NCBI GenBank assembly: GCA_028826165.1
Contig: JAPDFW010000057.1
Coordinates: 248,001-312,000, forward strand
From: Anaeramoeba ignava BMAN
Taxonomy: Eukaryota; Protista; Anaeramoebae
Length of the DNA stretch: 64,000 nt
Direction: 5' to 3'
The notes under the pieces were generated by a model, which saw only the letters and a list, made by a program, of their open reading frames with translations, was not told the DNA's origin and searched no databases. The translations under genes were made by a program, and so were the position numbers. Positions 48,282 through 60,269 of this stretch are shown here, one piece after another (position 1 is the stretch's first letter; the number at the start of each line of letters is the position of its first letter).

Positions 48282-50237
48282 TTAAAATCGGAAAAATTTT
48301 TGTAATTTTTCGCGAAGTTGATTATCATTTAAATTTTTCAAATTATTATTCTTTTTCTTTTTTGGTTTTTCAATTTCAATTCCATTTTCATTCTCTTTTT
48401 CAATTTCAATTTGATTTTCAATTTCAATTTCAATTTCAATTTCTTTTTCATTTTGATTTTCTTTTGGTAATTTTTTGAAATGAATTTCAGGAATTTCAAC
48501 ATTTTTTAAATCAGAATAATTTTCAATAATTTGATTTGAAATCAAACCAAGAGTTGGAACATTATTTGCACCAAAAGAAACATAAATACGAGAAGCAGGA
48601 GCTAAACGGAGTTCAACTAATGATTTGTTTTTCTCACCATAATATTTGTTTACTGGTGGAGAGGTATATAAATAAAAGAAAATATTCTTAAATTCTTGTC
48701 GAAAAATTTGATCTTTTAAAAAAATGGATAAATCTTGAAAAGTTTCAAAGGGTAAAAAACTTGCTTGGATTTGATATTGATCAGGAAAGAAAAAACGAAT
48801 CATAACTTCTGAAAATTTCATTGTTGATTCTTCTTCCATTTCTTTATTTATTGCTTTCTTTTTGGATTTTTGAAGTTGTTTTTCAAGTTGATGAAATTGT
48901 TCTTTAAAATCTTTTTTTGTTGGAATAAAAAATTCATCATCAAGTTCAAATTCTTCTGTTTCTGTTATTGTTTTAGGTTGAATCAGAACTATTTTTCGAT
49001 CAAATTTATTAATTAATTCTTGTTTTCTTTGTTTTTCTTCTTCTTCTTCTTTCTTCATTTTTTCAAGAAATTCCTTCATTTCTTTTTCTTCTTTTTCTCT
49101 TTGTTTTTCCTTTTCAAGTCTTGCTTTTTCTTCGTTTTCTTTTTCAATTTGTTCAATTTGTTGTTGAATTTGTTTTTCTTGTTCTAATAATCTTAAAGCA
49201 TTTTCGTTTTCAAGTCTTTGAGTTTCTTCAATTTGCATTTTGATTTTTTCGAGTCTTTCATTTTCATCTAGAAATTCATTTGAATTTTGATTTGAATTTT
49301 GATTTGAATTTTGATTTGAATTTTGATTTGAATTTTGATTTGAATTTTGATTTGAATTTTCATCTAGAAATTCATTTGAATTTTGATTTGAATTTTGATT
49401 TGAATTTTGATTTGAATTTTGATTTGAATTTTGATTTGAATTTTCATTTGAATTTTCATTTGATTTTTGATTTGATTTTTGATTTGATTTTTCATTTAAA
49501 TTTTCATTTGAATTTTGATTTGAATTTTGATTTGAATTTTGATTTGAATTTTGATTTGAATTTTGATTTGAATTTTGATTTAATTTTTCATTTGATTTTT
49601 CATTTAATTTTTCATTTGATTTTTCATTTGATTTTTCATTTGATTTTTCATTTAAATCTTCAATATTCAATTCATTTAATCTAAACCTCTTTTCTGCTTC
49701 TTCCAAAGTTATATCAGTTTTCTTAAACATTAATCTAAACATGAAATTTCCAGATGTAATACCAATACTCTTTAGTTGAGTTTTTCTCATTAAATCAGGT
49801 CCTTCAATGGGTTTGTTCATATATATAATAATAGGTTGATTCCATTTTTGTTCATTTTCATTTAAATCAAATTTTCGATGAAAAATATTATAATCCTTTT
49901 CGAATGAATAAAGAACTTCAAATAAAGTTTGAGTTGGAAAAAAATCCATAGAAACTCTTTTTGAATCAATTTGTAAAGCAATTTTAATTGACTTTTTTGT
50001 AGTTATTGATTTTTCGTCAATTATAAGTTCCAACTTTGCTTTATTTGGAATGTTTGTCATTTTAAAAGGAACACTAGAATCAATAATTTTGTCCTGATAT
50101 TTTAATTGGTATGATTGTTTTAAGTTGTTTTGTTTGCAAATCATATCAATTATTTTAGATAATGATTCATTTGCTGAAATTTCAATTTCGATTGAATTTT
50201 TAGGATTAATTTGAATAATTAATTGAGTTTTTTGCAT
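48282..50237 (-). CDS. ASPSCR1: TUG/ASPL-like UBX-domain p97 cofactor
   Basis: N-terminal TUG-UBL1 (LKYQDKIIDSSVPFKMTNIPNKAKLEL); IKIALQ second UBL; EEFELDDEFF; UBX IRFFFPD...QASF.P.ET...FYLYTSPP...SLVELRLAPASRIYV. The likely start is MQKTQ at 50237. Confidence 0.8.
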   Translation of the reverse strand: MQKTQLIIQINPKNSIEIEISANESLSKIIDMICKQNNLKQSYQLKYQDKIIDSSVPFKMTNIPNKAKLELIIDEKSITTKKSIKIALQIDSKRVSMDFFPTQTLFEVLYSFEKDYNIFHRKFDLNENEQKWNQPIIIYMNKPIEGPDLMRKTQLKSIGITSGNFMFRLMFKKTDITLEEAEKRFRLNELNIEDLNEKSNEKSNEKSNEKLNEKSNEKLNQNSNQNSNQNSNQNSNQNSNQNSNENLNEKSNQKSNQKSNENSNENSNQNSNQNSNQNSNQNSNQNSNEFLDENSNQNSNQNSNQNSNQNSNQNSNQNSNEFLDENERLEKIKMQIEETQRLENENALRLLEQEKQIQQQIEQIEKENEEKARLEKEKQREKEEKEMKEFLEKMKKEEEEEKQRKQELINKFDRKIVLIQPKTITETEEFELDDEFFIPTKKDFKEQFHQLEKQLQKSKKKAINKEMEEESTMKFSEVMIRFFFPDQYQIQASFLPFETFQDLSIFLKDQIFRQEFKNIFFYLYTSPPVNKYYGEKNKSLVELRLAPASRIYVSFGANNVPTLGLISNQIIENYSDLKNVEIPEIHFKKLPKENQNEKEIEIEIEIENQIEIEKENENGIEIEKPKKKKNNNLKNLNDNQLREKLQKFFRF

Positions 50238-50360
50238 TTTTAAAAAAAAAAAATAAAACGGAAAAAATGAAAATGAAAAAATGAAAAAATGAAAATGATA
50301 AGTTCTTAATTTTATTTTTTTTTTAATTTTTTTTTTCATTTTTCATTTTTTTTTTTAAAA

Positions 50361-52385
50361 ATGTTTTCAATTCTTTTTGAAGTTTCTGATCAAACATTTC
50401 AAATAAATAGATCTTTAAATCAACAAATTGAAAAGTTTTCAAATGATTTTTTTGGGAATGGAAATGGAAATTCAATTAATTTATCTATAAAAACAACAGA
50501 AGAAGAAAATTCAAAAATAATAAGAAATTTAAAAAAAAGTAAAGAATTTTCAGTTGAAAAAATGAGTGAAAATCCTATTATTTCAATACCAAAAGGAACA
50601 ATAAGATTATTTCAAAAATTAAATGATGCAGATAAAGATACAAATCATTTAAATGAAGATTCAAGTCAAAATTTAAATGAAGATTCAAATAAAAATTTAA
50701 TTGAAGATTCAAGTCAACATTTAATTGAAGATTCAAATAAAAATTTAATTGAAGATTCAAGTCAACATTTAATTGAAGATTCAAGTCAAAATTTAATTGA
50801 AGATTCAAATAAAAATTTAATTGAAGATTCAAGTCAAAATTTAATTGAAGATTCAAATAAAAATTTAATTGAAGATTCAAATAAAAATTTAATTGAAGAT
50901 TCAAGTCAAAATTTAGTTGAAGATTCAAGTCAAAATTCAAGTGAAAATTCAAATCAACAAAAAGTTGTTTGTGTTCTTGGTATTCCTTCTAAATTTTCTC
51001 CTCAAAATTTTTTTAAGAAAATTTCAAATCATTTCTCAAATATTTCTAAAATTCGTATTTTGCAGTAGGAAAAAATTAAAATTCATTTAAAAAATTAAAA
51101 TTCATTTAAAAAATTAAAATAATTTATTAGAGATTCAAAAACTTATAGATACGTTGTTATTATTCGATTTAAAACAAGTGAATTTGCAAATTTGTTTATC
51201 ACTGAATTTAATGAAACAACTTTTGGATTGAATTTTAAGGAAAAAATGATTGCTATTCTAATTAGTAATGTTGGTTTTATTGATTCATCGTTAATTAAAT
51301 CTTCAACTTTATCTGTTGAACTTCCAACTTGTCCTGTTTGTTTTAGTAGATTGGATTCAAAAATAACAGGATTATCAAATCAAGAAGTAAATATTGGCAA
51401 TGAAGAATGGATTGGAAATGATTGTTTTGCTTGTCAGTATGGAATTGAACCAAATTAAAAAATTTACGTTTAAATTGAAAAAATCTCAAAAAAATTCTTT
51501 CAAAAAATAAAAATAAAAATAAAAATAAAAATAAAAAGATGCCTGAAAAATAACATTCCAATTCAATGCAGAGCATGTGGAAAAACAGAGAAATTATGGA
51601 TTTGTTTAATTTGTGGAGAAGTTGGATGCGGAAGATATATTGGAGCACATGCACAAGAACATTATGAAAAATCAGGACATTCATTTGCATTGGATATGGA
51701 ACTTCAAAGAATATGGAATTATAGAAATGATTGTTTTGTTCACAAAGCAAATGTGGAACAAAAAAATCGGAACAATTTGTTGCAAAAAAAAACCGCTTTT
51801 ATCCAAAATCATCCAAATGCAACAAATGAAGCACTTCTTTTATATGAATTTTATCAAAATGATGAAGATGATTTTTATTCGGCAAAATTGGCTAGTCGAA
51901 GTGAAGCTATTCAAACTGAATATAATCATGTTTTGACAATTCAATTAAAAACTCAACAAAAATTGTATGAAGAAGAACTTAATTCTTTCCGTCAAAAAAT
52001 TGAAAAGGAATATTTGGATTCGATTGACTTGTTAATGAAAGAAAATATCGAATTGGAAAACCAAGTTAATAGAATCGAGCAAGAAATCAAGAAAACAGAA
52101 GAAAATAAAACCACAATTTCAAAAGAAAATGATGTTTTAATTGAAAAGCAAAAAGAGTTTAATACTTTGAAAAAAAATAAAGAAACTGAGATGGAAAATT
52201 TGGTGATCCAAAAAAATAAAGAAATTCATGATTTAGAAGATCAAATTAAAGATATTAATTTTTTTATGAATACTCAACAAGAAGTCCAAAAAAGCAAAAA
52301 GAAAAATGAAATTCAATCAGGAAGTATTGTTGTTTCTGCTGTAAAAAAACAAAATAAGAGAAGGAATAATAGAAAAAAGAAATGA
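50361..52385 (+). CDS. BRAP: BRAP2/IMP/ETP1-like protein (BRAP2 domain, degenerate RING, zf-UBP, coiled coil); 3 exons
   Basis: VCVLGIP, IRIL..., ELPTCPVC, zf-UBP LWICLICGEVGCGRY..AHAQEHYEKSGHSFALDMELQRIWNY.NDCFVH and DLEDQIKDINFF motifs. Confidence 0.85.
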
Positions 52386-52432
52386 ATAAAATTAAAAAAT
52401 TAAAAAATTAAACATTTTTCTTTTCTTTTTTT

Positions 52433-54212
52433 TTAATTTTGATTATTAAATTTGCTAATTAATAAATCAAATAAATTTGGATTTGTTTGATTTAATTGAA
52501 AATAATCAATTCCAATTTGAATTTCATCAATGATTTCTTGTGTAATTTGAATTTCATTTTTAATTTGATTTGAATAAATCCAATATTCAAATATTTGAAA
52601 TGATTTATTACTTAATTCACTATAATCTGTAACTTTATTGGATGTATCTTTTGTAACAGATAAAAACATTCCTCGATATAATTCACTTCTCATTATTAAT
52701 ATTAATTTAGGGAATTTATATTGTTTTTCTTTTCTTTCAATAATAAAATCTTTTTCATTTTCATTTTCATTTAAATAAATTCTTTTCATTGTTTCTTCAA
52801 TTTTTTCATTTAAATTTATAATTTCTTTAATTTCAGAATATAATTTTGGATTTATTTTGGAATTATTTGAATAAATCATTTCAAATATTTGATTTGATTC
52901 TTTAATTGATTTTTTTGAAATAATTTCTTGAAGTTTTTCAATTTCATTTTCATTTTGATTTTGATTTAATCTATATTTCAATATTAATTTATGAGCTTCA
53001 ATTATTTCTCCATTTTCTGTTTTAAATGAAATATCACAAAATTCTTTTCTTTAAATAGTTTTATCAAATCTTCTTCAAGATTAGAAGAAGAAAGAGTAGA
53101 ATAATAAAGAAATGAATCTCCATCACCACAATAAACATGATAATTAGAAATATCTTCATTAAATCTTAATTTAGAAAGTTCAATTTGAATTGGAATTAAT
53201 TGATCATTTTGTATCTTCAATTCCTAATTGGCCATATTCATTTATTCCAAATACTATTAATTTTGGATTGGAAGTTAAAATCAAAGTATGATCAAATCCA
53301 ACAGAAAATTCAATAATATCATCATTTTCAAATAAAGATGATTTGATTTCAGTAAATTCATAAGCATCTTCGTTTTGTCCAAGTCCATTATATGGATGAT
53401 ATCCACATGAATAAAGTTTTCTTTTTGGATTTTCATTTTCATCTTCGATCAACATTATTGAATGAGCACTTCCGTATTGAATATCAATTATTTTACATTT
53501 TGGAATATTTTCGGATTTTGGTTAATTTTTGGATTTTTGTTTCTTTTTTTCTTGATTCTCCTAATCCAAGTTGACTAGAATAATTATATCCACATCCAAA
53601 TAATTCTTGATTTGAATTTAAAAGAAAAACATGATTTGAATAAATTCCCGAAAATATTTTAGAAACATTTTTCATCATTAAAATTGGTTTTTCTGTTTTT
53701 TTGAAGTGTTTTAGAATCAAAACCAAGTTGACCATTTTCATTTGAGCCAAATCCATAAACATTTTGATTTGAAGTTAATAAATAAATTGAATGAGCTCCA
53801 GAAACAATATCTTGAATTATTCTATCATTTTTATCTTCAATTAATGATGAAATATTGATAAATTTATTTGGATTATTTGGATTAATATCATATCCTTTGG
53901 CAAATACATTTCCTTCTATTGTTAAAATAGCTACATTTTCAACACCAACAGTTACTTTTTGAATATTTTCTTCAATTTGGATTTTTGAGGATTTTGTTTT
54001 GAATTATTTTCATTTAAATATTCTATTGCTTTTCCATTTTTAAAAAGGAAAATTGTTGAATAATAACTTGATGAAATTTGTTTAATTTGTTTTTCATTTT
54101 CATTTTCATTTTCATTTTCAAATTTAAATTGAATTGGTTTTATTATTATTTCTGGTTCATTTTTTATAAGTTTTTGTTTTTCATTTAAACCAAAAAATAT
54201 AATTTCATTCAT
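52433..54212 (-). CDS. RCC1-repeat + BTB protein, tandem copy 1 (several frameshifts; stop before CAAX)
   Basis: RCC1 repeats (GCGYNYSSQLGLG, FSVGFDHTLIL) and BTB-like parts (AHKLIL, LIMRSELYRGMF) spread over several ORFs. Confidence 0.75.
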
Positions 54213-54254
54213 TTTTAAAAAAGAAAAAAAATGAAAAAATGAAAAATTAAAAAA

Positions 54255-56187
54255 TTAAAAAATTAAACATTTTTCTTTTCTTTTTTTTTGATTTTGATTT
54301 TGGATTTGATTTTGAATTTGATTTTGATTTTGATTTTGAATTTGATTTTGATTTTGGATTTGATTTTGATTTTGATTTTGAATTTGATTTTGATTTTGAT
54401 TTTGATTTTTAAATTTGCTAATTAATAAATCCAATAAATTTGGATTTGTTTGATTTAATTGAAAATAATCAATTCCAATTTTAATTTCATCAATTATTTC
54501 TTGTGTAATTTGAATTTCATCTTTAATTTGATTTGAATAAATCCAATATTCAAATATTTGAAATGATTTATTACTTAATTCACTATAATCTGTAACTTTA
54601 TTAGATTTATCTTCTGTTACAGATAAAAACATTCCTCGATATAATTCACTTCTCATTATTAATATTAATTTAGGAAATTTATATTGTTTTTCTTCTCTTT
54701 CAATTATAAAATCTTTTTCATTTTCATTTTCATTTTCATTTAAATAAATTCTTTTCATTGTTTCTTCAATTTTTTCATTTGAATTTATAATTTCTTTAAT
54801 TTCAGAATATAATTTTGGATTTATTTTAGAATTATTTGAATAAATCATTTCAAATATTTGATTTGATTCTTTAATTGATTTTTTTGAAATAATTTCTTGA
54901 AGTTTTTCATTTTCATTTTGATTTTGATTTAATCTATATTTCAATATTAATTTATGAGCTTCAATTATTTCTCCATTTTTCGGTTTTAAATGAAATATCA
55001 CAAAATTCTTTTCTTCGAAATAGTTTTATCAAATCTTCTTCAAGATTGGAAAAAGAAAGAGTAGAATAATAAATAAATGAATTTCGATATCCACAATAAA
55101 TATGATAATTAGAAATATCTTCATTAAATCTTAATTTAGAAAGTTCGATTTGAATTGGAATTAGTTGATAATTTATGTTATCTCCAGTTCCTAATTGGCC
55201 AAAAGAATTATCTCCAAATCCAATTAATTTTGGATTGGAAGTTAAAATCAAAGTATGATAAAATCCAACAGAAATATCAAGAATATCATCATTTTCAAAT
55301 AAAGATGATTTTATTTCAGTAAATTCATAACTATCTTGATTTTTGCCAAATCCATTACATTTATAATCTCCACATGAATAAAGTTTTCTTTTTGGATTTT
55401 GATTTTCATTTTCATTTTCATTTTCAATTAACATTATTGAATGAAAATTTCCACATTGAATATCAATTATTTTGCCTTTTGGAATATTTTGGATTTTGGT
55501 TAATTCTTTGGTTTTTATTTCTCTTATTGATTCTCCTAATCCAAGTTGACTAAATTGATTATATCCGCATCCAAATAATTCTTGATTTGAATTTAAAAGA
55601 AAAACATGAGATGAAGAATTTCCTGAAAATATTTTAGAAACATTTTTCATCATTAAAATTGGTTTTTGTGTTATTTTAAGTGTTTTAGAATCAAAACCAA
55701 GTTGACCATATTCATTTGAACCAATTCCATAAACATTTTGATTTGAAGTTAATAAATAAATTGAATGAGCTCCAGAAACAATATCTTGAATTATTCTATC
55801 ATTTTTATCTTCAATTAATGATGAAATATTGATAAATTTATTTGGATTATTTGGATTAATATATCTTCCTTTGGCAAATACATTTCCTTCTATTGTTAAA
55901 ATAGCTTCATTTTCAAAACCAACAGTTACTTTTTGAATATTTTCAATTTGGATTTTTTGAGGATTTTGTTTTGAATTATTTTCATTTAAATATTCTATTG
56001 CTTTTCCATTTTTAAAAAGGAAAATTGTTGAAAAATCGCTTGATGAAATTTGTTTAATTTGTTTTTCATTTTCATTTTCATTTTCATTTTCAAATTTAAA
56101 TTGAATTGGTTTTTTGATAACTGAATCAATTTTATATTTGATAAGTTTTGGATTTTCATTTAAACCAAAAAATAAACAATCATTCAT
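54255..56187 (-). CDS. RCC1-repeat + BTB protein, tandem copy 2 (one frameshift at ~54980), ends in KKRKEKCLIF CAAX
   Basis: ORFs 54961-56187 and 54255-55001 overlap at a homopolymer. Confidence 0.8.
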
Positions 56188-56244
56188 TTTTAAAAGGAAA
56201 AAAATGAAAAAATGAAAAAATTAAAAAATTAAAAAATTAAAAAA

Positions 56245-58083
56245 TTAAAAAATTAAACATTTTTCTTTTCTTTTTTTTTGATTTTGATTTTGATTTTGAT
56301 TTTGGATTTGATTTTGATTTTGATTTTGATTTTGATTTTGATTATCAAATTTGTTAATTAATAAATCAAATAAATTTGGATTTGTTTGATTTAATTGAAA
56401 ATAATCAATTCCAATTTTAATTTCATCAATTATTTCTTGTGTAATTTGAATTTCATCTTTAATTTGATTTGAATAAATCCAATATTCTAATAATTGAAAT
56501 GATTTATTACTTAATTCACTATAATCTGTAACTTTATTAGATTTATCATTTGTTACAGATAAAAACATTCCTCGATATAATTCACTTCTCATTATTAATA
56601 TTAATTTAGGAAATTTATATTGTTTTTCTTTTCTTTCAATTATAAAATCATTTTCATTTTCATTTAAATAAATTCTTTTCATTGTTTCTTCAATTTTTTC
56701 ATTTGAATTTATAATTTCTTTAATTTCAAAATATAATTTTGGATTTATTTTGGGATTATTTGAATAAATCATTTCAAATATTTGATTTGATTCTTTAATT
56801 GATTTTTTTGAAATAATTTCTTGAAGTTTTTCATTTTCATTTTGATTTTGATTTAATCTATATTTCAATATTAATTTATGAGCTTCAATTATTTCTCCAT
56901 TTTCGGTTTTAAATGAAATATCACAAAATTCTTTTCTTCGAAATAGTTTTATCAAATCTTCTTCAAGATTGGAAGAAGAAGGAGGAAAATAAAGAAATGA
57001 TTTGAAATATCCACAAAAGACATGATAATTAGAAATATTTTCATTAAATCTTAATTTAGGAAGTTCAATTTGAATTGGAATTAGTTGTGCTTCTGTTATA
57101 CCATTCCCTAATTGACCATAAGTATTATCTCCAAATCCTATTAATTTTGAATTGGAAGTTAAAATCAAAGTATGATCAAATCCAACAGAAAAATCAAGAA
57201 TATCATCATTTTCAAATAAAGATGGTTTTATTTCAGTAAATTCATAAGTATCTTCATCAAAAATGCCAAGTCCATTATATTTGTTATGCCCACATGAATA
57301 AAGCCTTCTTTTTGCTTGAAATTCAACCAACATTATTGAATAATAAAATCCTGTTTTAATATCAATTATTTTGCCATTTTGGAATATTTTGGATTTTGGT
57401 TAATTCTTTGATTTTTGGTTCTTTTCTTGATTCTCCTAATCCAAGTTGACTAGAATAATTATATCCGCATCCAAATAATTCTTGATTTGAATTTAAAAGA
57501 AAAACATGATTTGAATAATTTCCTGAAAATATTTTAGAAACATTTTTCATCATTAAAATTGGTTTTTCTGTTTTTTCAAGTTTTTTAGAATCAAAACTAA
57601 GTTGGCCAGAAGTATTTGAACCAATTCCATAAAGCATTTTGATTTGAAGTTAATAAGTAAATTGAATGAGCTCCAGAAACAATATCTTCAATTATTCTAT
57701 CATTTGTATCTTCAATTAATGATGAAATATTGATAAATTCATTTGGGTTTTTGGATTAACTTCTTTTCCTTTGGCAAATACATTTCCTTCTATTGTTAAA
57801 ATAGCTTCATTTCCAAAACCAACAGTTACTTTTTGAATATTTTCAATTTGGATTTTTTCAATTTTTTGTTTTGAATCATTTTCATTTAAATATTCTATTG
57901 CTTTTCCATTTTCAAAAAGGAAAATTGTTGAAAAAAAACCTATTGAAATTTGTTTAATTTGTTTTTCATTTTCATTTTCATTTTCATTTTCAAATTTAAA
58001 TTGAATCGGTTTTTTTATTATTTCTGGTTTATTTTTGAAAAGTTTAGGTTTATCATTTGACCAAAAAATATAATTTCATTCAT
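56245..58083 (-). CDS. RCC1-repeat + BTB protein, tandem copy 3 (several frameshifts), ends in CAAX
   Basis: Paralogous to copy 2 throughout; ATG at 58083. Confidence 0.75.
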
Positions 58084-58141
58084 TTTTAAAAAAGAAAAAA
58101 ATGAATTTTAATTTTTCATTTTTTTCATTTTTTTTTTCAAA

Positions 58142-60189
58142 ATGTTAAATAAATTTGAACAAGAATCTCTTTTAAAATCTGTAATGCAAAATGATCTTTT
58201 GAAAGTGGTCGAATTTTTAAAAATAGATGATTCCTCACTTCTGAAAGAAACTGATTCAAATGGAAATACAGCTTTACATTGGGCAATTCGAAATTCAAAT
58301 CCAGAAATTTTTCACTTATTAATCTCAAAAGAAATTTTCATCAATTCTCAAAATTTCTTTAAAGAAACTCCTCTTCATTTTGCTTGTAAATTTGATAATG
58401 CAACTTTTGTGTATCATTTATTAAAAAAATCTGCAAGTCTTGAAATTGTATTTCTTTTCATTTCATTTCTAAATAATCTTTAAATTTAAAAAACAAAAAA
58501 AAATTTTTATCAAAATTGGATTAACGAAAAAATTTTTTAAAGAAAGAAAAAAAATTTTTTTTTCCACAAAAAAATTTTTAAAAAAAATACAAAAACCAAA
58601 TCAACTAATTTTTGTTTTGTATTTATTTAGGAAGATTCTTCTTTTTTGCTTCCAATTCATATTGCTGCTAAATCCAACTCTGTTTTATCTTTAAAATTGA
58701 TCCTTGAGCATTCACCAAATATGAAAAATTTACCGCAAAAAAAAACAAATAGAACACCTCTTCATTGGGCAGCTCTTTCTAGTAAAATAGACGCAGCTAT
58801 TGCTTTAATAGAAGCAGGAGCGTTGATTGATATGCAAGACAGTAACGGAAGCACTCCTCTTCATCTAGCCGCAAAAACAGGATCGCCAATGGTTGATTTA
58901 CTGATGATGGCTGGAGCCGATCCAAAAATCACAAATCAAAATGACAAAACACCACGGGATATTGTCGTTGAAAAAAAACACTTTCCATCAAGGATTGTTA
59001 TCGATTCCATATTGCGAACTCGTGCTCGATTCCCAGAGCTTTCTTTGCCAAAAAACAGGGAAGATGTTGAAAATAGCCACGTGGAAATTAATCAAGAAGT
59101 GGAACAAAATCGAATACTTCAAGAATTCAAAAAAAGAAACCGAAAAAGAGGAGAAAACTTATCATTTTTGTTTTTTTTGATGACACCCATCTTGTTTCTT
59201 TCGGTGCATTTTATATATGGATTGCTACCTTTTTATTTATCCGGTATTTTAATAACTGGAAGCTTTGTTATGGTCAATATTTTTGTTATAAATAATTGGA
59301 GAGCAAGAGGAAGACTTTTTCTTCCCAAAAATTCTTTCAATTTTTCAATTACATTCACGCTTATGAGCTTATTATTATTTACTCATTGGTTTTATGCATT
59401 TGGAGCGACATTCAATTCACATCCAATTTTAAATATTATTCTATTTGGAATTGAGATTGTTATTATTTTTTCAATTAAAAACACTGTACTTAGAAATCCA
59501 GGAAAAATTGAAGGAGAAAGTGAATCATTAGAAGTAAATTTAATGAAAATATTTTAAATAATAATTAATAATTAATAATAATATTTAATTTTAATAATAC
59601 TTAATAGAACGCAATCCAAAAATATTCTATTGTAACCCAAAAAGAATATTGTTATACTTGCAAAATGAGAAAACCTTTAAGAAGTAAACACGATACAACT
59701 CTTGGTTATTGTGTTGCTCGTTATGACCACTATTGCTCTTGGATGTACAACGTAATCGGCTTTGATAATCACAGAGAATTCATTAGTTCGATCATCTCTT
59801 CAACTTTAGCAACAATTCTTTTGTACATCTTAATTTTTTTTGATTTATTTGATTCTTTTGGAAAACTTGAACAAAACGGAACAGAAAAAATTTCACTCAT
59901 TTCTTTTTTTGCAAACCAATATCAATGGTGTTCAGGCTTATTTCTAATTTGTATTATTTATTTCTCCTGGCTTTCTCTGCTTGTTTTTGGTCAATTAAAT
60001 TTGATTAGTAAAAATTTGACAACAAACGAAAGAATCAATTTTAAAAGATATTTCCCTTTAGGAAAAAATCCTTATAATCTTGGTACATTCAATAATTTTG
60101 CTCAGTTTTTCCGTTGGAAAAATTTTATTGATTGGAAAATTGCTTTTCCATATTCAACTTTTCCAAATAGAATGAGAAATGATTTTTAA
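58142..60189 (+). CDS. AKR1: Ankyrin-repeat DHHC palmitoyltransferase (Akr1/ZDHHC17-like), 3 exons
   Basis: Ankyrin repeats (GNTALHWA, RTPLHWAA, GSTPLHLAA), TM helices, KPLRSKH...CVARYDHYCSW (DHYC variant as in yeast Akr1) and NLTTNERIN. Confidence 0.85.
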
Positions 60190-60269
60190 TTACAATTTTG
60201 AATAAAAAAAATTTTTTCACTTTTTTTTTCATTTTTCTCTTTTCTTTTTTATTCTTTTTTTATTTAGAA

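Noticed and set aside
52433-52435. Alternative genetic code (TAA=Gln)
   Set aside because: TAA terminates conserved genes at the expected positions (LIG1, HPS1, DHHC, kleisin), and no in-frame TAA/TAG occurs in conserved exons.
58448-58630. Hidden microexon in the AKR1 ankyrin-region intron
   Set aside because: No AG-NNN-GT motif is seen, and the ankyrin register (SASLEI|EDSSFLLPIH) is already complete.
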